From the IMG/VR virus record IMGVR_UViG_3300044613_002638, positions 1-64,000 of that record: 64,000 nt of DNA. One strand, given 5' to 3'. The DNA comes from a virus. Below the pieces are notes generated by a model. It worked only from the letters and a program-made list of their open reading frames with translations, did not search any database and had not been told where the DNA came from. Below, piece after piece: positions 40,928-51,449 of this stretch (position 1 is the stretch's first letter; each line of letters begins with the position of its first letter). The position numbers were made by a program, and so were the translations under genes.

Positions 40928-43492
40928 ATGGCAGATGCAGATGTTCAACAGGCATTACAGGCACTAGCACAGTTAGGTGCAGCAGCAGGGGGTTCACGAG
41001 CAGCGGTAGCATCCGTTGGTCAAAGTATGGCTAGACTGCGTATAGAGATGCAACGCGGCACAGGAACCATACAATCTAATGCTGCTGCACTACAAAGATT
41101 AGCAAGTGATTTTGAAGATCTAGATGAAGGTGTAAGAAAGTCAACGGCTGGACAGGCCATGCTGGCAGAACAGACTAGAATGGCCGGTCAGATCATGCGT
41201 GATGCCAGTGGTCAACTATCTGCAGGTTTGTTAAAAGGCGGCCTAGTTGAAGCTATAGATTATGTTGCAAAACAAATATACAGCACAATATCAAGTTATC
41301 AAGATGGTGCCAGCGGTATCCAAACAGCGTTTAACATGCAAAACGCTGCTATGGAAAGTCAAATTAGGATATTAGATAGACTGAGTCAAGGTGCCACTGT
41401 AGCAGCCGAAACTCTAGCACTGATACCAAGCCCCTATGCCAAAGCGGCAGCTGCCTTGTCAGGACTGGTAGCAGGTGCAGCAGGACTTGGCAAAGGGCTA
41501 AGTGAAATGCAAACTAAAGCATTTCAAGGTTTTCAAAAAGAAGTAGCTACAACTGTAATGTCATTTGACATCTTGAACAAAAGCGGAGCATTGGTAACAG
41601 GTGGCTTTACTGGTATGCGTAGAACAGCTGGTGAGCTACAGCTAACACTTCCTGAGCTTTCAAAAACTGTAAATGAAAATAAAAGAGATTTGACTGAGTT
41701 TGGAAATAGTGTGATTGGCGGAGTTAAAAAAGTAAAAAATGTTGGAATAGCATTTACACAATTAGCAACACAAGGCAAAGATCTAAGAAAAGAATTGGAG
41801 TACGCTGGTTATTCATCTCAAGAACAAGTGGATGGTTTAGTTCAGTATATGGAAATGTTAAACAAATCCGGACAGCTACGGTCAAAAAGTGACACTGAGA
41901 TAGCAATAGGAGCTACTGAATATCTTAAAAATCTAAAGGCGATTTCAGCGTTTACCGGAGAAGATGTTAAAACAGCACAAAAACGGGCACAACAAGCCAG
42001 CGAGCAGTTAGCAGTTCAAGCAAAATTGAACAAACAAGGTCCGGGTGCTATGGAAAGATTTACGTCGGCTGTTGCTAGTATGGGGCCAGAAATACAAAAA
42101 GGCCTGCAACAAATGACAGCTTTTGATGGTACCATAGTAGATAAAAATTTAAATCAACTGTTAGCAGCTAGCCCTACACGTAAAAAATTATTAGAAGAAA
42201 CTTATGCAGACATGCAAAATTCTGCCCTTGGTGCAGAAGAAGTTAATAAACGATACCAACAGAGAGTAAAAGAATATGGCGATGCTCTAAAAAATGAAGC
42301 ATTAGCAGCCGGAGAAACATATGGTGCTATTACTTTGGCAACAGGTGCCCAGGGCGACGTGACTAATATGTTACAGCAACAGGCAGATCTAGGAAGAAAA
42401 GGCGAAGCTGCTAGAGAAAAAGAAATAGCTGCCTTGGGTGACACTACAGTACAAATGAGTAGACTAGTAACTGAAGGAATTGATCCGTTTAGAGATTCTA
42501 TCATTGCAGCAGAACGAGTAAATCGCGAAAGACTGCCGCGGATGATCAATGATATGACTGGTGTCACTGAAGCCTATGTGCGAACGTTAAACCCAGCCAA
42601 GATGATGGCTGAACAAGAAAAGCAAATGAGAGAACTAATGACAAAAGCACTAGGTGAATTTGCCAAAACAGATATTTTTACAAAACCAGGCGGTCGAGCA
42701 GCTGAAGTAATGACAGGCACTGTAGATGTATTGGTTAAAGGTTTAAGCGTGGCGTCTGATAAACTAGGCAAGGCAGCAGACAAGTTAGGAAAATTTGCCG
42801 ATGATGTAGGAAATTTAATAAAGAAAATTCCTGGTGTTGGGTCTACCAGAGACTCTGGCACCTTGGGAATGACAGGATCCTTATTTGAAAAAGAAGATTT
42901 TTTTGGTAAAGTTGCTAAAGGTGAAACTGTTCTTACACCACAACAATTAGAAAATCTAGTAAAAGGAGTAAGTACCACTGGCATTCAAGCAGGTCAGCGA
43001 TCAACAGATAAGCTAGATGCAAATATGGCATCTGTATTTGAACAGTTTACTGATAAAAATAAATCTGGTGTAGATGATGTAAAAAATACTATAACATCAA
43101 TGTTTGGTAAATTATCTGCAGTTAAACAACCTGATATAAATCTAGCAGTACCAAATCCAAAAAATGATAATTTGCAAATAAGCAGTAACCAGATAAAAGA
43201 TAGTTTTGCACAATCAATGGCAGCATTTCAACAACAAAAACTAGAAGCAGAAACAGCCAAACCTGCTGCGGATGATACAGAATCTACAAAGATAGTTGAA
43301 GCAATACAAGAAGCTTTTTCTGGACAAAACGGCTTTAATCAGATGTTATCTAGCCTTAAAGGACAATTAGAAACAGACAATGGTAAGCAAATAGCTGTAT
43401 TACAGGAACAGGTATCAAAATTAGAAGACTTATTATCAGCCATGCAAGACAATGTAGATTACTCAAAAAGAATAGCTGACAACATAGCTTAA
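40928..43492 (+). CDS. Tape-measure-like protein
   Basis: 854 aa, Ala/Gln/Lys-rich and helical; adjacent to chaperone and portal. Confidence 0.65.
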   Translation: MADADVQQALQALAQLGAAAGGSRAAVASVGQSMARLRIEMQRGTGTIQSNAAALQRLASDFEDLDEGVRKSTAGQAMLAEQTRMAGQIMRDASGQLSAGLLKGGLVEAIDYVAKQIYSTISSYQDGASGIQTAFNMQNAAMESQIRILDRLSQGATVAAETLALIPSPYAKAAAALSGLVAGAAGLGKGLSEMQTKAFQGFQKEVATTVMSFDILNKSGALVTGGFTGMRRTAGELQLTLPELSKTVNENKRDLTEFGNSVIGGVKKVKNVGIAFTQLATQGKDLRKELEYAGYSSQEQVDGLVQYMEMLNKSGQLRSKSDTEIAIGATEYLKNLKAISAFTGEDVKTAQKRAQQASEQLAVQAKLNKQGPGAMERFTSAVASMGPEIQKGLQQMTAFDGTIVDKNLNQLLAASPTRKKLLEETYADMQNSALGAEEVNKRYQQRVKEYGDALKNEALAAGETYGAITLATGAQGDVTNMLQQQADLGRKGEAAREKEIAALGDTTVQMSRLVTEGIDPFRDSIIAAERVNRERLPRMINDMTGVTEAYVRTLNPAKMMAEQEKQMRELMTKALGEFAKTDIFTKPGGRAAEVMTGTVDVLVKGLSVASDKLGKAADKLGKFADDVGNLIKKIPGVGSTRDSGTLGMTGSLFEKEDFFGKVAKGETVLTPQQLENLVKGVSTTGIQAGQRSTDKLDANMASVFEQFTDKNKSGVDDVKNTITSMFGKLSAVKQPDINLAVPNPKNDNLQISSNQIKDSFAQSMAAFQQQKLEAETAKPAADDTESTKIVEAIQEAFSGQNGFNQMLSSLKGQLETDNGKQIAVLQEQVSKLEDLLSAMQDNVDYSKRIADNIA

Positions 43493-43525
43493 ACACGGTA
43501 AATACTATATTCATTGAGATAACAT

Positions 43526-45238
43526 ATGACTTGGCGTAAGTATTTTAAAAGTAGCAATCTACCCAGTAACATTAGTCCTCTAGGCAGTGGTCGTATGCCA
43601 GATCCTGGTTACAGAAACTATCAGAGCAATCTTCCAGATGTGTATATAGGACACCCTAATCGTATTGAACGTTATAATCAATATGAACAAATGGACATGG
43701 ATTCAGAAATTAATGCAGCTTTAGATATTTTATCTGAGTTTATGACTCAGAAAAACGAAGCTAACAATACTCCATTTGACATTAAATTTAAAGATGATCC
43801 TACAGATAATGAAGTAAAAATTATAAAAGAACAACTTCAACAATGGGTCAAATTAAACGAATTTAACAGCAGAATATTTAAAATAGTAAGAAATACCATA
43901 AAATACGGTGATCAAGTGTTTGTTCGTGATCCAGAAAACTTTAAATTATTCTGGGTAGAAATGAGTAAAGTGGTCAAGGTTATTGTTAATGAAAGTGAAG
44001 GCAAAAAACCTGAGCAGTATATTTTAAAAGACATTAATCCTAACTTTGAAAATCTTACAGTCACAGCAGTGACTACGTCTGACCAATACATGAACCATCC
44101 ACAAGTAGGCGGTCCAAGTGGTAGTTACATTCAACCTAGTGTACCAACAGGCGGTGGCGGCAGATTTACTCGTGCGCAAAATGAAGCAGCGATCAATTCT
44201 GAACATGTTGTGCATCTAAGTTTAACCGAAGGTTTAGATGTATATTGGCCATTTGGCACAAGTGTACTAGAAAATGTTTTCAAAGTGTTTAAGCAAAAAG
44301 AATTACTAGAAGACGCAATTATTATCTATCGAGTGCAACGTGCTCCTGAGCGTAGAGTATTTAAAATCGACGTGGGTAATATGCCCAGTCACATGGCTAT
44401 GGCATTTGTTGAGCGTATCAAAAACGAAATCAGTCAGCGTAGAATTCCTACACAAACAGGCGGTGGTGCCAACATGATGGATGCCACTTACAATCCATTG
44501 GCACAAATGGAAGATTATTTTTTCCCTGTAACAGCCGAAGGTCGCGGATCTAGTGTTGACACATTACAAGGCGCAAGTAACCTAGGAGAAATCACAGACT
44601 TACGCTATTTTACAAACAAATTATTCCGTGGCCTGCGTATTCCTAGCAGTTACTTGCCGGTTACCCTGGAAGACGGTACACAAGCATTCAATGACGGGCG
44701 TGTGGGTACAGCCTTGATTCAAGAATGGCGATTTAATCAATATTGCCAGAGACTACAAAGCAGTATTATTGAAACTCTAGATCAGGAGTTTAAACTGTTT
44801 ATGCGTTGGCGCGGTGTAAACATTGATAGTCAGTTATTTGAATTAATATTTGAACCGCCACAGAACTTTGCACAGTATCGCCAGGCTGATGTTGACAGTG
44901 CTAGAATTGCTACATTCACTGCACTTGAGGCATATCCATACTTTAGTAAACGTTATCTAATGAAACGTTATTTGGGTATGAGTGAACAAGAAATGAGCGA
45001 AAATGAAACCATGTGGTCAGAAGAACAAGGTGATGTTGAGCTAGCCCCGGTCGAAGATCCCAATTTAAGAAGTGTAGGTATAAGTCCAGGTGGTATAGCT
45101 GGCGATTTAGAAAATGTTGCTCCGCCCACAGAAACTCCTCCAGAAGGTGAAGCCGGCGCACCAGGCGGAGCAGTACCAGCAGCAGGAGGACCAGTGGGCG
45201 TTCCTGCACAAACGGCACCCGCTGGTGCAACAATTTAA
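43526..45238 (+). CDS. gp20: Portal protein, T4 gp20-like
   Basis: LLEDAIIIYRVQRAPERRVFKIDVGNMP, EDYFFP, GRGSSV.TL.G, YF..KL..GLRIP.S. Confidence 0.95.
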   Translation: MTWRKYFKSSNLPSNISPLGSGRMPDPGYRNYQSNLPDVYIGHPNRIERYNQYEQMDMDSEINAALDILSEFMTQKNEANNTPFDIKFKDDPTDNEVKIIKEQLQQWVKLNEFNSRIFKIVRNTIKYGDQVFVRDPENFKLFWVEMSKVVKVIVNESEGKKPEQYILKDINPNFENLTVTAVTTSDQYMNHPQVGGPSGSYIQPSVPTGGGGRFTRAQNEAAINSEHVVHLSLTEGLDVYWPFGTSVLENVFKVFKQKELLEDAIIIYRVQRAPERRVFKIDVGNMPSHMAMAFVERIKNEISQRRIPTQTGGGANMMDATYNPLAQMEDYFFPVTAEGRGSSVDTLQGASNLGEITDLRYFTNKLFRGLRIPSSYLPVTLEDGTQAFNDGRVGTALIQEWRFNQYCQRLQSSIIETLDQEFKLFMRWRGVNIDSQLFELIFEPPQNFAQYRQADVDSARIATFTALEAYPYFSKRYLMKRYLGMSEQEMSENETMWSEEQGDVELAPVEDPNLRSVGISPGGIAGDLENVAPPTETPPEGEAGAPGGAVPAAGGPVGVPAQTAPAGATI

Positions 45239-45259
45239 CAGGTTTGAGTAAATAGTATT

Positions 45260-45484
45260 ATGATTGTTACAGAATTATTTGACCCTGCTAAACCTGGATA
45301 CGAAACTCCTAGCTTGGATAATACACCTCTTAAGCTGTCAGATCTACGCAAAACTAGACTTACTCTAGCCGATCTAAGCAGACTGAGAATGGCCAATGAT
45401 GTACGTAAAGTAGAACACGAAAAGAAATTAGAAAAAGTATCAAAACAGTATAAACCGCCTGCAGCAGCACCTGCACCGATGTAG
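45260..45484 (+). CDS. Small head-module protein
   Basis: 74 aa, RKTRLTL motif, TAAATA at 45249-54. Confidence 0.7.
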   Translation: MIVTELFDPAKPGYETPSLDNTPLKLSDLRKTRLTLADLSRLRMANDVRKVEHEKKLEKVSKQYKPPAAAPAPM

Positions 45485-45580
45485 TCCGCCTAAATCCTTC
45501 AAAAAAACACCATTTAACCCCATTATCTAGGTATTTTAGTAAATAAAATACAGCCATATTATTATTTTAAGGAGTCCCTA

Positions 45581-46585
45581 ATGAACAAATATGAACAGCT
45601 AATTGAACACATTATCAACGACGAGGAAGACAAAGCTCGTGCGTTGTTTCACGAAATCGTGGTTGAAAAATCACGTGACATTTACGAAAGTCTAATGGAT
45701 GAAGAGTATGCCGAAGAAGCAGTAGGCGGTGATCAAGTTGAGTCCATGGTTGACGAAATCTCTATGGATGAAACAGACGGCATCGGTGAAGGCGACGACG
45801 AAGATGACGGCGAACTAGACATGGGCGACATGAGCAGCATGGATGACTCAGGCGACGATCATCATGACGATGTAGGCGGCGACGAAAATCTAGAGCAAAA
45901 AGTTATGGATCTCGAGTCAGAATTAGAAGCATTGAAAGCAGAATTTGAACAACTGATGGGCGGCGACGACGACATGGGCGACGACATGGGCATGGATGAC
46001 ATGGGCATGGATGACATGGGAGACGACATGGGTGGCAACGGTGACGAATTCAAGATGATGGAAGAGTCAGACGACGAAGAAGAAATGACCGAAGCCAAAG
46101 AAGAAGATGACGAAAAAGATGACGACGACAAAGTAGAAGAGTCTGTATACGAGTCAAAGCGTCAGCCACTACAAAAGACCGCAGTAGATCTAATGCGTGA
46201 ATATGTAGAAAAAATCAGCGCACCAAGCAACACAGAAGGTCAGCCAGCAGGTACTAGTACAGGCGGCGATCACGCAAATGTAAACACCCAGTCAACAGTA
46301 GCAGGTAAAAACGACATGGGCGGTACTGCTAAAAATTTAGTACAAGGTGGCACTGGTGCAGATGCTAATCCTGATGGCACAAGTCCAAAAGGTAAAGTTG
46401 ATGGCAAACTAGTAAAGAATGTACAAGAGATTGACGTTGCTAAACGCAATGTAAATAAGCCCGGTGGTAACAAAGGTGCGCAGAATTTCTACAACACCAA
46501 AGCTGGTGCCAAAAAGGGCGAAGGGCAAACTACCGATGGCTCAGTACCTGTCCAGAAGAAGAGTATTGAACCAGGTGGTAATTAA
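45581..46585 (+). CDS. Highly acidic prohead core/internal protein
   Basis: Asp/Glu-rich with DDMG repeats; between portal and protease; AAGGAG RBS. Confidence 0.65.
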   Translation: MNKYEQLIEHIINDEEDKARALFHEIVVEKSRDIYESLMDEEYAEEAVGGDQVESMVDEISMDETDGIGEGDDEDDGELDMGDMSSMDDSGDDHHDDVGGDENLEQKVMDLESELEALKAEFEQLMGGDDDMGDDMGMDDMGMDDMGDDMGGNGDEFKMMEESDDEEEMTEAKEEDDEKDDDDKVEESVYESKRQPLQKTAVDLMREYVEKISAPSNTEGQPAGTSTGGDHANVNTQSTVAGKNDMGGTAKNLVQGGTGADANPDGTSPKGKVDGKLVKNVQEIDVAKRNVNKPGGNKGAQNFYNTKAGAKKGEGQTTDGSVPVQKKSIEPGGN

Positions 46586-46598
46586 TTAGGGCAATAAT

Positions 46599-47240
46599 AT
46601 GGCTTTGTACCTAAAAGAAGATCTTACTTTTGACCGTGCTCAGATAGAAGTCTTATCCGAAGATTCTACTAACGGTCAAGGTAAGAATCTGTATATGAAA
46701 GGGATATTCATTGAGGGCGGCGTGAAAAATGCTAACCAACGTGTTTATCCCGTTCACGAAATTGAAAAAGCCGTTACGCAGATTAACGAACAAATCAAGA
46801 GCGGACACAGTGTTCTTGGTGAAGTTGATCACCCTGATGACCTAAAAATTAATTTGGATCGTGTAAGTCACATGATTGAAGGCATGTGGATGGACGGTCC
46901 TTGCGGCCACGGTAAATTAAAAATCCTACCAACACCAATGGGCAAACTAGTTGAAGCTATGTTGACTAGTGGTGTAAAGTTAGGCGTTAGTAGTCGTGGA
47001 TCAGGTGAAGTAAATGAAAGTTCGGGACATGTCAGTGGTTTTGATATTATTACTGTTGACATTGTAGCACAGCCTTCGGCTCCGCATGCATATCCTAAAG
47101 CAATCTATGAGGGCTTGATGAATATGCGTCATGGACACCGAGTGTTAGAAGTGGCTCGTGATGCCACACAAGATCAAAAAGTACAGAAGTACCTGAAAGA
47201 AGGCCTAACACGCCTAATCAATGACCTTAAGTTAAAATAG
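46599..47240 (+). CDS. gp21: Prohead protease, T4 gp21-like
   Basis: N.N.RVYP, LGEVDHP, TPMG, GVSSRGSG, DIVAQPSAP.A. Confidence 0.93.
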   Translation: MALYLKEDLTFDRAQIEVLSEDSTNGQGKNLYMKGIFIEGGVKNANQRVYPVHEIEKAVTQINEQIKSGHSVLGEVDHPDDLKINLDRVSHMIEGMWMDGPCGHGKLKILPTPMGKLVEAMLTSGVKLGVSSRGSGEVNESSGHVSGFDIITVDIVAQPSAPHAYPKAIYEGLMNMRHGHRVLEVARDATQDQKVQKYLKEGLTRLINDLKLK

Positions 47241-47250
47241 GAGAAACCTG

Positions 47251-48357
47251 ATGTTATTAGATGCTATCAAACCATTGGTAGACAGCGGCATCATAAACGA
47301 AGATACTAAGCAGGCAATTAGCGAAGCTTGGGAAGCAAAACTTCTCGAAGCTCGTGAAAGTGTTCGTGCAGAACTTCGCGAAGAATTCGCTCAAAGATAC
47401 CAACATGACAAGCAAGTTATGGTTGAAGCTCTAGACAAAATGGTAACTGAATCTCTACAAAACGAACTCGAAGAGTTTGCAGCAGAGAAACAAGCTCTAG
47501 CAGAAGATCGTGCGAAATTTAAAGTTCACATGGTCGAAAACAGTACTAAGTTTAATAATTTCATGGTTAGCAAACTAGCCGAAGAAATTAAAGAACTGCG
47601 CGAAGACCGTAAACAATATGAAAATAGTATTAGTAAGCTAGAATCATTTGTTATCAAGTCTTTAGCAGAAGAAATTTCTGAGTTTGAGCAAGACAAGCAA
47701 GCAGTGGTTGAGACAAAAGTTCGTCTAATTGCTGGTGCTAAAGACAAGCTTGCTGAATTACAACAGAATTTTATTAGTCGTTCTGCAGAACTAGTTAAGG
47801 AATCAATTACCAAGAAACTAGAGTCAGAAATGACTCAACTCAAAGAAGACATCCAAATTGCTCGCGAGAACATGTTTGGTCGTCAACTCTTTGAAGCTTT
47901 TGCAAGTGAATTTGCAGTTACTCACTTAAATGAGAACAAAGAAATTCGCAAGCTACAGGCTGTCATTGCCACTAAAGAGCAAGCACTGCAAGAGGCACAA
48001 GCTCAAGCAGAACAAGCCGCAATGATTGTTGAATCAAAAGACAAAGAGATTAAGATTATTAAAGAATCAACAGAACGTAAGGAAATCCTTACTAATCTAT
48101 TGAAAACTTTAAACAAGGAGAAAGCTGTAGTCATGAGCGAACTTCTTGAAAGTGTGCAAACTGCAAAGTTGCAGAGTGCATACGAAAAGTATCTACCAGC
48201 AGTACTAAACAACACAGCAGCACCTGCAGCAAAGCCAAAAACAATGCTCGCAGAAGGCCGTGTAGAAGTAACTGGTGATAAATCTGCTACAACACCTGCA
48301 GTCGAAGAAAACGTACATAATGTTTTTGAGATCAAGCGTTTAGCAGGGCTTAAGTAA
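47251..48357 (+). CDS. gp22: Prohead scaffolding protein, gp22-like
   Basis: Coiled-coil, Glu/Lys-rich; between protease and capsid; FG..LFEAF. Confidence 0.8.
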   Translation: MLLDAIKPLVDSGIINEDTKQAISEAWEAKLLEARESVRAELREEFAQRYQHDKQVMVEALDKMVTESLQNELEEFAAEKQALAEDRAKFKVHMVENSTKFNNFMVSKLAEEIKELREDRKQYENSISKLESFVIKSLAEEISEFEQDKQAVVETKVRLIAGAKDKLAELQQNFISRSAELVKESITKKLESEMTQLKEDIQIARENMFGRQLFEAFASEFAVTHLNENKEIRKLQAVIATKEQALQEAQAQAEQAAMIVESKDKEIKIIKESTERKEILTNLLKTLNKEKAVVMSELLESVQTAKLQSAYEKYLPAVLNNTAAPAAKPKTMLAEGRVEVTGDKSATTPAVEENVHNVFEIKRLAGLK

Positions 48358-48384
48358 ACCCTAAATAGGAGAAAAGGAATAAAA

Positions 48385-49581
48385 ATGACACAAGCATTAC
48401 TAGAAAGCCGTTGGGGCGAAACTAAAGACGCTCTGTTAGAAGGCTTAAACGGTTCTAAAAGAACCACAATGGGTGTAATCCTCGAGAACACTCGCAAGCA
48501 CTTGATGGAAGCAGCTACAGCTGGTGCTACAGCCGCTTCAAACGTTGCAACACTAAATCGTGTAATTCTACCAGTTATTCGACGTGTGATGCCAACAGTT
48601 ATTGCAAACGAAATCGTTGGTGTTCAGCCAATGACTGGACCTGTTGCACAGATCCATACTCTACGTGTTCGTTATGCAGACAACACCACTGACACTGCTA
48701 GCCCATACGCTACTGGTACCACAGCTGGTGATGAAGCACTAAGTCCATTTAAGATTGCTGTTGCTTACTCCGGTTTAACCGCAGGTGGTACAGCTACAAC
48801 TGGTAAGGCAGCTACTACTTCTACTCTAGAAGGTGTACCTGGTAACCGTATCAACGTACAAATCTTAAAGCAAGTTGTTGAAGCGAAAACACGTAAGTTA
48901 AGTGCTCGCTGGACATTTGAAGCTGCTCAAGATGCACAAGCCATGCATGGTTTGGATATTGAAGCAGAAATCATGGCAGCTCTAGCACAAGAAATCACTG
49001 TTGAAATTGACCAAGAAATTCTTGGTTCACTACGCAGTCTTTCTGCTACTGAGTTTACATTTGACCAAGCTGCTGTAAGTGGTACTGCAACATTCGTTGG
49101 TGACGAACACGCTGCTTTAGCTGTTCTAATCAATCGTACAGCAAACCTAATCGCTTCACGTACACGTCGTGGTGCTGGTAACTGGGCAGTTGTTAGCCCA
49201 GCAGCTTTAACTGTACTACAAAGCGCAACAACTTCAGCATTTGCTCGTACAACTGAAGGTACCTTTGAAGCACCTACTAACACTAAGTTTGTTGGTACAT
49301 TAAATGGCGCAATGCGTATCTATGTTGACAGCTATGCAAGCGATACACAGGCAGTTTTAGTTGGTTATAAGGGTTCAAGCGAGGCTGATGCAGCCGCGTT
49401 CTACTGCCCATATATTCCTCTAATGAGTTCTGGTGTTGTTCTAGATCCAGCAACATTTGAACCAGTAGTTGGCTTTATGACACGTTACGGTTATGTTGAG
49501 TTGACAAACACAGCATCATCGTTCGGTAACGCAGCCGACTACCTAGGTGAGATTGCTGTTTCTAACCTATCGTTCCAGTAA
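48385..49581 (+). CDS. gp23: Major capsid protein, T4 gp23-like
   Basis: RRVMP..IA.EIVGVQPMTGP, VEAKTRKL.ARWT.E.AQD, EI..EIDQEI, YCPYIPL, TRYG. Confidence 0.96.
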   Translation: MTQALLESRWGETKDALLEGLNGSKRTTMGVILENTRKHLMEAATAGATAASNVATLNRVILPVIRRVMPTVIANEIVGVQPMTGPVAQIHTLRVRYADNTTDTASPYATGTTAGDEALSPFKIAVAYSGLTAGGTATTGKAATTSTLEGVPGNRINVQILKQVVEAKTRKLSARWTFEAAQDAQAMHGLDIEAEIMAALAQEITVEIDQEILGSLRSLSATEFTFDQAAVSGTATFVGDEHAALAVLINRTANLIASRTRRGAGNWAVVSPAALTVLQSATTSAFARTTEGTFEAPTNTKFVGTLNGAMRIYVDSYASDTQAVLVGYKGSSEADAAAFYCPYIPLMSSGVVLDPATFEPVVGFMTRYGYVELTNTASSFGNAADYLGEIAVSNLSFQ

Positions 49582-49606
49582 TTTTCCACTCGGGATGGGA
49601 AACATT

Positions 49607-49629
49607 AAAGGGCCGCAAGGCCCTTTTTT
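49607..49629 (+). terminator. Rho-independent terminator after capsid gene
   Basis: aaagggcc-gcaa-ggcccttt plus T run. Confidence 0.88.
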
Positions 49630-49716
49630 GTTGGGTACAATAAATATTATTGTTCACAAGAACTTATGCGGAGCCAACCGTGTAGGCCTAGAACGCCAAC
49701 TTTAAGGAGAATAAAA

Positions 49717-50208
49717 ATGGCAAGAGGTTTAAAAATTAGTCATGAGCGTAGTGATGGTACTTTAGTTGATCAAGAAGTAAGTACAACAATAAGTTCAATT
49801 GGTGGTACAGGCGGTATACCCCAATGGATTACTGTACAAGGTGTAAAAACTGTTAAAGTTCAATTTAGAACTGATGCAGGTATTTTACATGCTAATGCTT
49901 ATATCATTGCACAGAAAGGTGCTAAACAGTTTTTAGTTGCAAACGCCGTAGGCGCAGTAGGAAGTCACACACAATCAAATGCTAGCATTACTGTTGCAAC
50001 ATTGACAGCAGGTGCTGATGCAGCAAACGCCGAGCCAGCAAGTGGATCAAGTACTATGACTGTTACAGGTTATAATACAAGCAATGTCCGTTTTTATGTA
50101 AAGCGTATTTCTAATAAATTTGTTTGGGATTTCAGTGATAATAGATATCGCTGGAGAACTAGCGACAGTGTTGCTACTTCAACTTTTGCTAATGTTGAAT
50201 GTCATTGA
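49717..50208 (+). CDS. Putative virion (head decoration/neck) protein; start at ATG 49717
   Basis: AAGGAG RBS before MARGLKI; own TAAATA promoter (49641-46) and terminator. Confidence 0.65.
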   Translation: MARGLKISHERSDGTLVDQEVSTTISSIGGTGGIPQWITVQGVKTVKVQFRTDAGILHANAYIIAQKGAKQFLVANAVGAVGSHTQSNASITVATLTAGADAANAEPASGSSTMTVTGYNTSNVRFYVKRISNKFVWDFSDNRYRWRTSDSVATSTFANVECH

Positions 50209-50225
50209 CCTTCATCAAACGGTAG

Positions 50226-50249
50226 AAACCCGCTTCGGCGGGTTTTTTT
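50226..50249 (+). terminator. Rho-independent terminator
   Basis: aaacccgc-ttcg-gcgggttt plus T run (cUUCGg loop). Confidence 0.9.
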
Positions 50250-50301
50250 ATTGGATCACTCAAACTTATATTAGCATAAATATTATTAATAAGGACATTA
50301 T

Positions 50302-50682
50302 ATGCCAGTAGTTAAAAGTTTAAATACTGATTACATCATTACCAATAAGTTAAAGGCTAATGCTAACATAACTTTATCTACAGATACAGTTTTTATTCAA
50401 GGTAACTTGTATGTTGGAGGAAATGCCACTGCCGTAACAAAAACTGATTTAAATATCACTGATAACATAATTACACTTAACGCAGGGGAAACTGGCCCTG
50501 GCGTATCATTAATTACTTCTGGTATTAATGTTGATCGAGGCTCGTTAGCTAATGTAGCAGTATTATGGAATGAAACACTAGGCCAATGGACACTAACCAA
50601 TGATGGTAGTACCTACGGTGTTATTCAAACAGTAACCGTGGGATCAGTGACATCACCACAAGTCTATGCCCTAGTATTATAA
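50302..50682 (+). CDS. Small fibre-type virion protein
   Basis: GNL.V.G...DNIITLN.GE...SGI.VDRG....W.E...W motif. Confidence 0.65.
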   Translation: MPVVKSLNTDYIITNKLKANANITLSTDTVFIQGNLYVGGNATAVTKTDLNITDNIITLNAGETGPGVSLITSGINVDRGSLANVAVLWNETLGQWTLTNDGSTYGVIQTVTVGSVTSPQVYALVL

Positions 50683-50691
50683 GGAATAAAA

Positions 50692-51015
50692 ATGGCAATT
50701 CACAGTACAGTTTTAGTAGATACAGGACAACAAGCAGCTAATGTGTTAGAATCATCAGGAGTCAGCGGCGTAGCTGTCACTACTATGTATTTTTGCAATA
50801 CAAACACTGCTGCCACTGCGTTTACGTTGCATGTAGTTGGAGCAGGATTTATTGCTAACGCAAACAACATTGTTTATAAAAATAAAGTAATTACAGCAGG
50901 TGACACTTATGTAGTTGATTGGGAAAAATTAGTTTTAGGACCCGGCGACACTATAAGAGGTAACGCAAATGTGGGTAATTCTATTGTAGCTACAGTAAGC
51001 ACTATAGGTGTATAA
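50692..51015 (+). CDS. Small virion structural protein
   Basis: 107 aa beta-rich, KLVL..GD motif; similar in type to 63229-63585. Confidence 0.6.
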   Translation: MAIHSTVLVDTGQQAANVLESSGVSGVAVTTMYFCNTNTAATAFTLHVVGAGFIANANNIVYKNKVITAGDTYVVDWEKLVLGPGDTIRGNANVGNSIVATVSTIGV

Positions 51016-51440
51016 TGGGACGTTATTTAAAAAATACACAACTGCAAGGAGGAAGTTATGCTATACAATTACCATTGGGTAGTAATAGCATTGGTCCTGA
51101 CCAACCAGTTAATGGACAAATAAGATTTAATACTAGTAACAATCGTGTAGAATTATTTTTTGCTGGTGTATGGAATCAAGTTGCAAAAATTGGTTCTGTT
51201 AACATTACAGTAGACGAATTTACTGGAGACGGTGTAACAACCACATTTACCATGAGTCAGGCTGAAAGCAGTGAAAGTGCTATTTTAGTTTCAATTGGCG
51301 GTGTTTATCAACAACCTATTACAAATTATACTGTTGATGGTAGCACTACAATTACTTTTACTAGTCCACCACCAGCCCCTGGTGTTAATCCTAACAAAAT
51401 TGTTGTAGTGCATAATCTCAACAGCACTGATGCTGCATAA
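51015..51440 (+). CDS. Small virion structural protein
   Basis: P..GQIRFNT and FTGDG.TT.F...V.IGGVYQ.P..Y modules shared with the fibre genes. Confidence 0.65.
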   Translation: MGRYLKNTQLQGGSYAIQLPLGSNSIGPDQPVNGQIRFNTSNNRVELFFAGVWNQVAKIGSVNITVDEFTGDGVTTTFTMSQAESSESAILVSIGGVYQQPITNYTVDGSTTITFTSPPPAPGVNPNKIVVVHNLNSTDAA

Positions 51441-51449
51441 GGACCAGTA

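Noticed and set aside
49666-49716. N-terminal extension of the 180-aa ORF
   Set aside because: A strong RBS precedes ATG 49717; the upstream part looks like a structured leader
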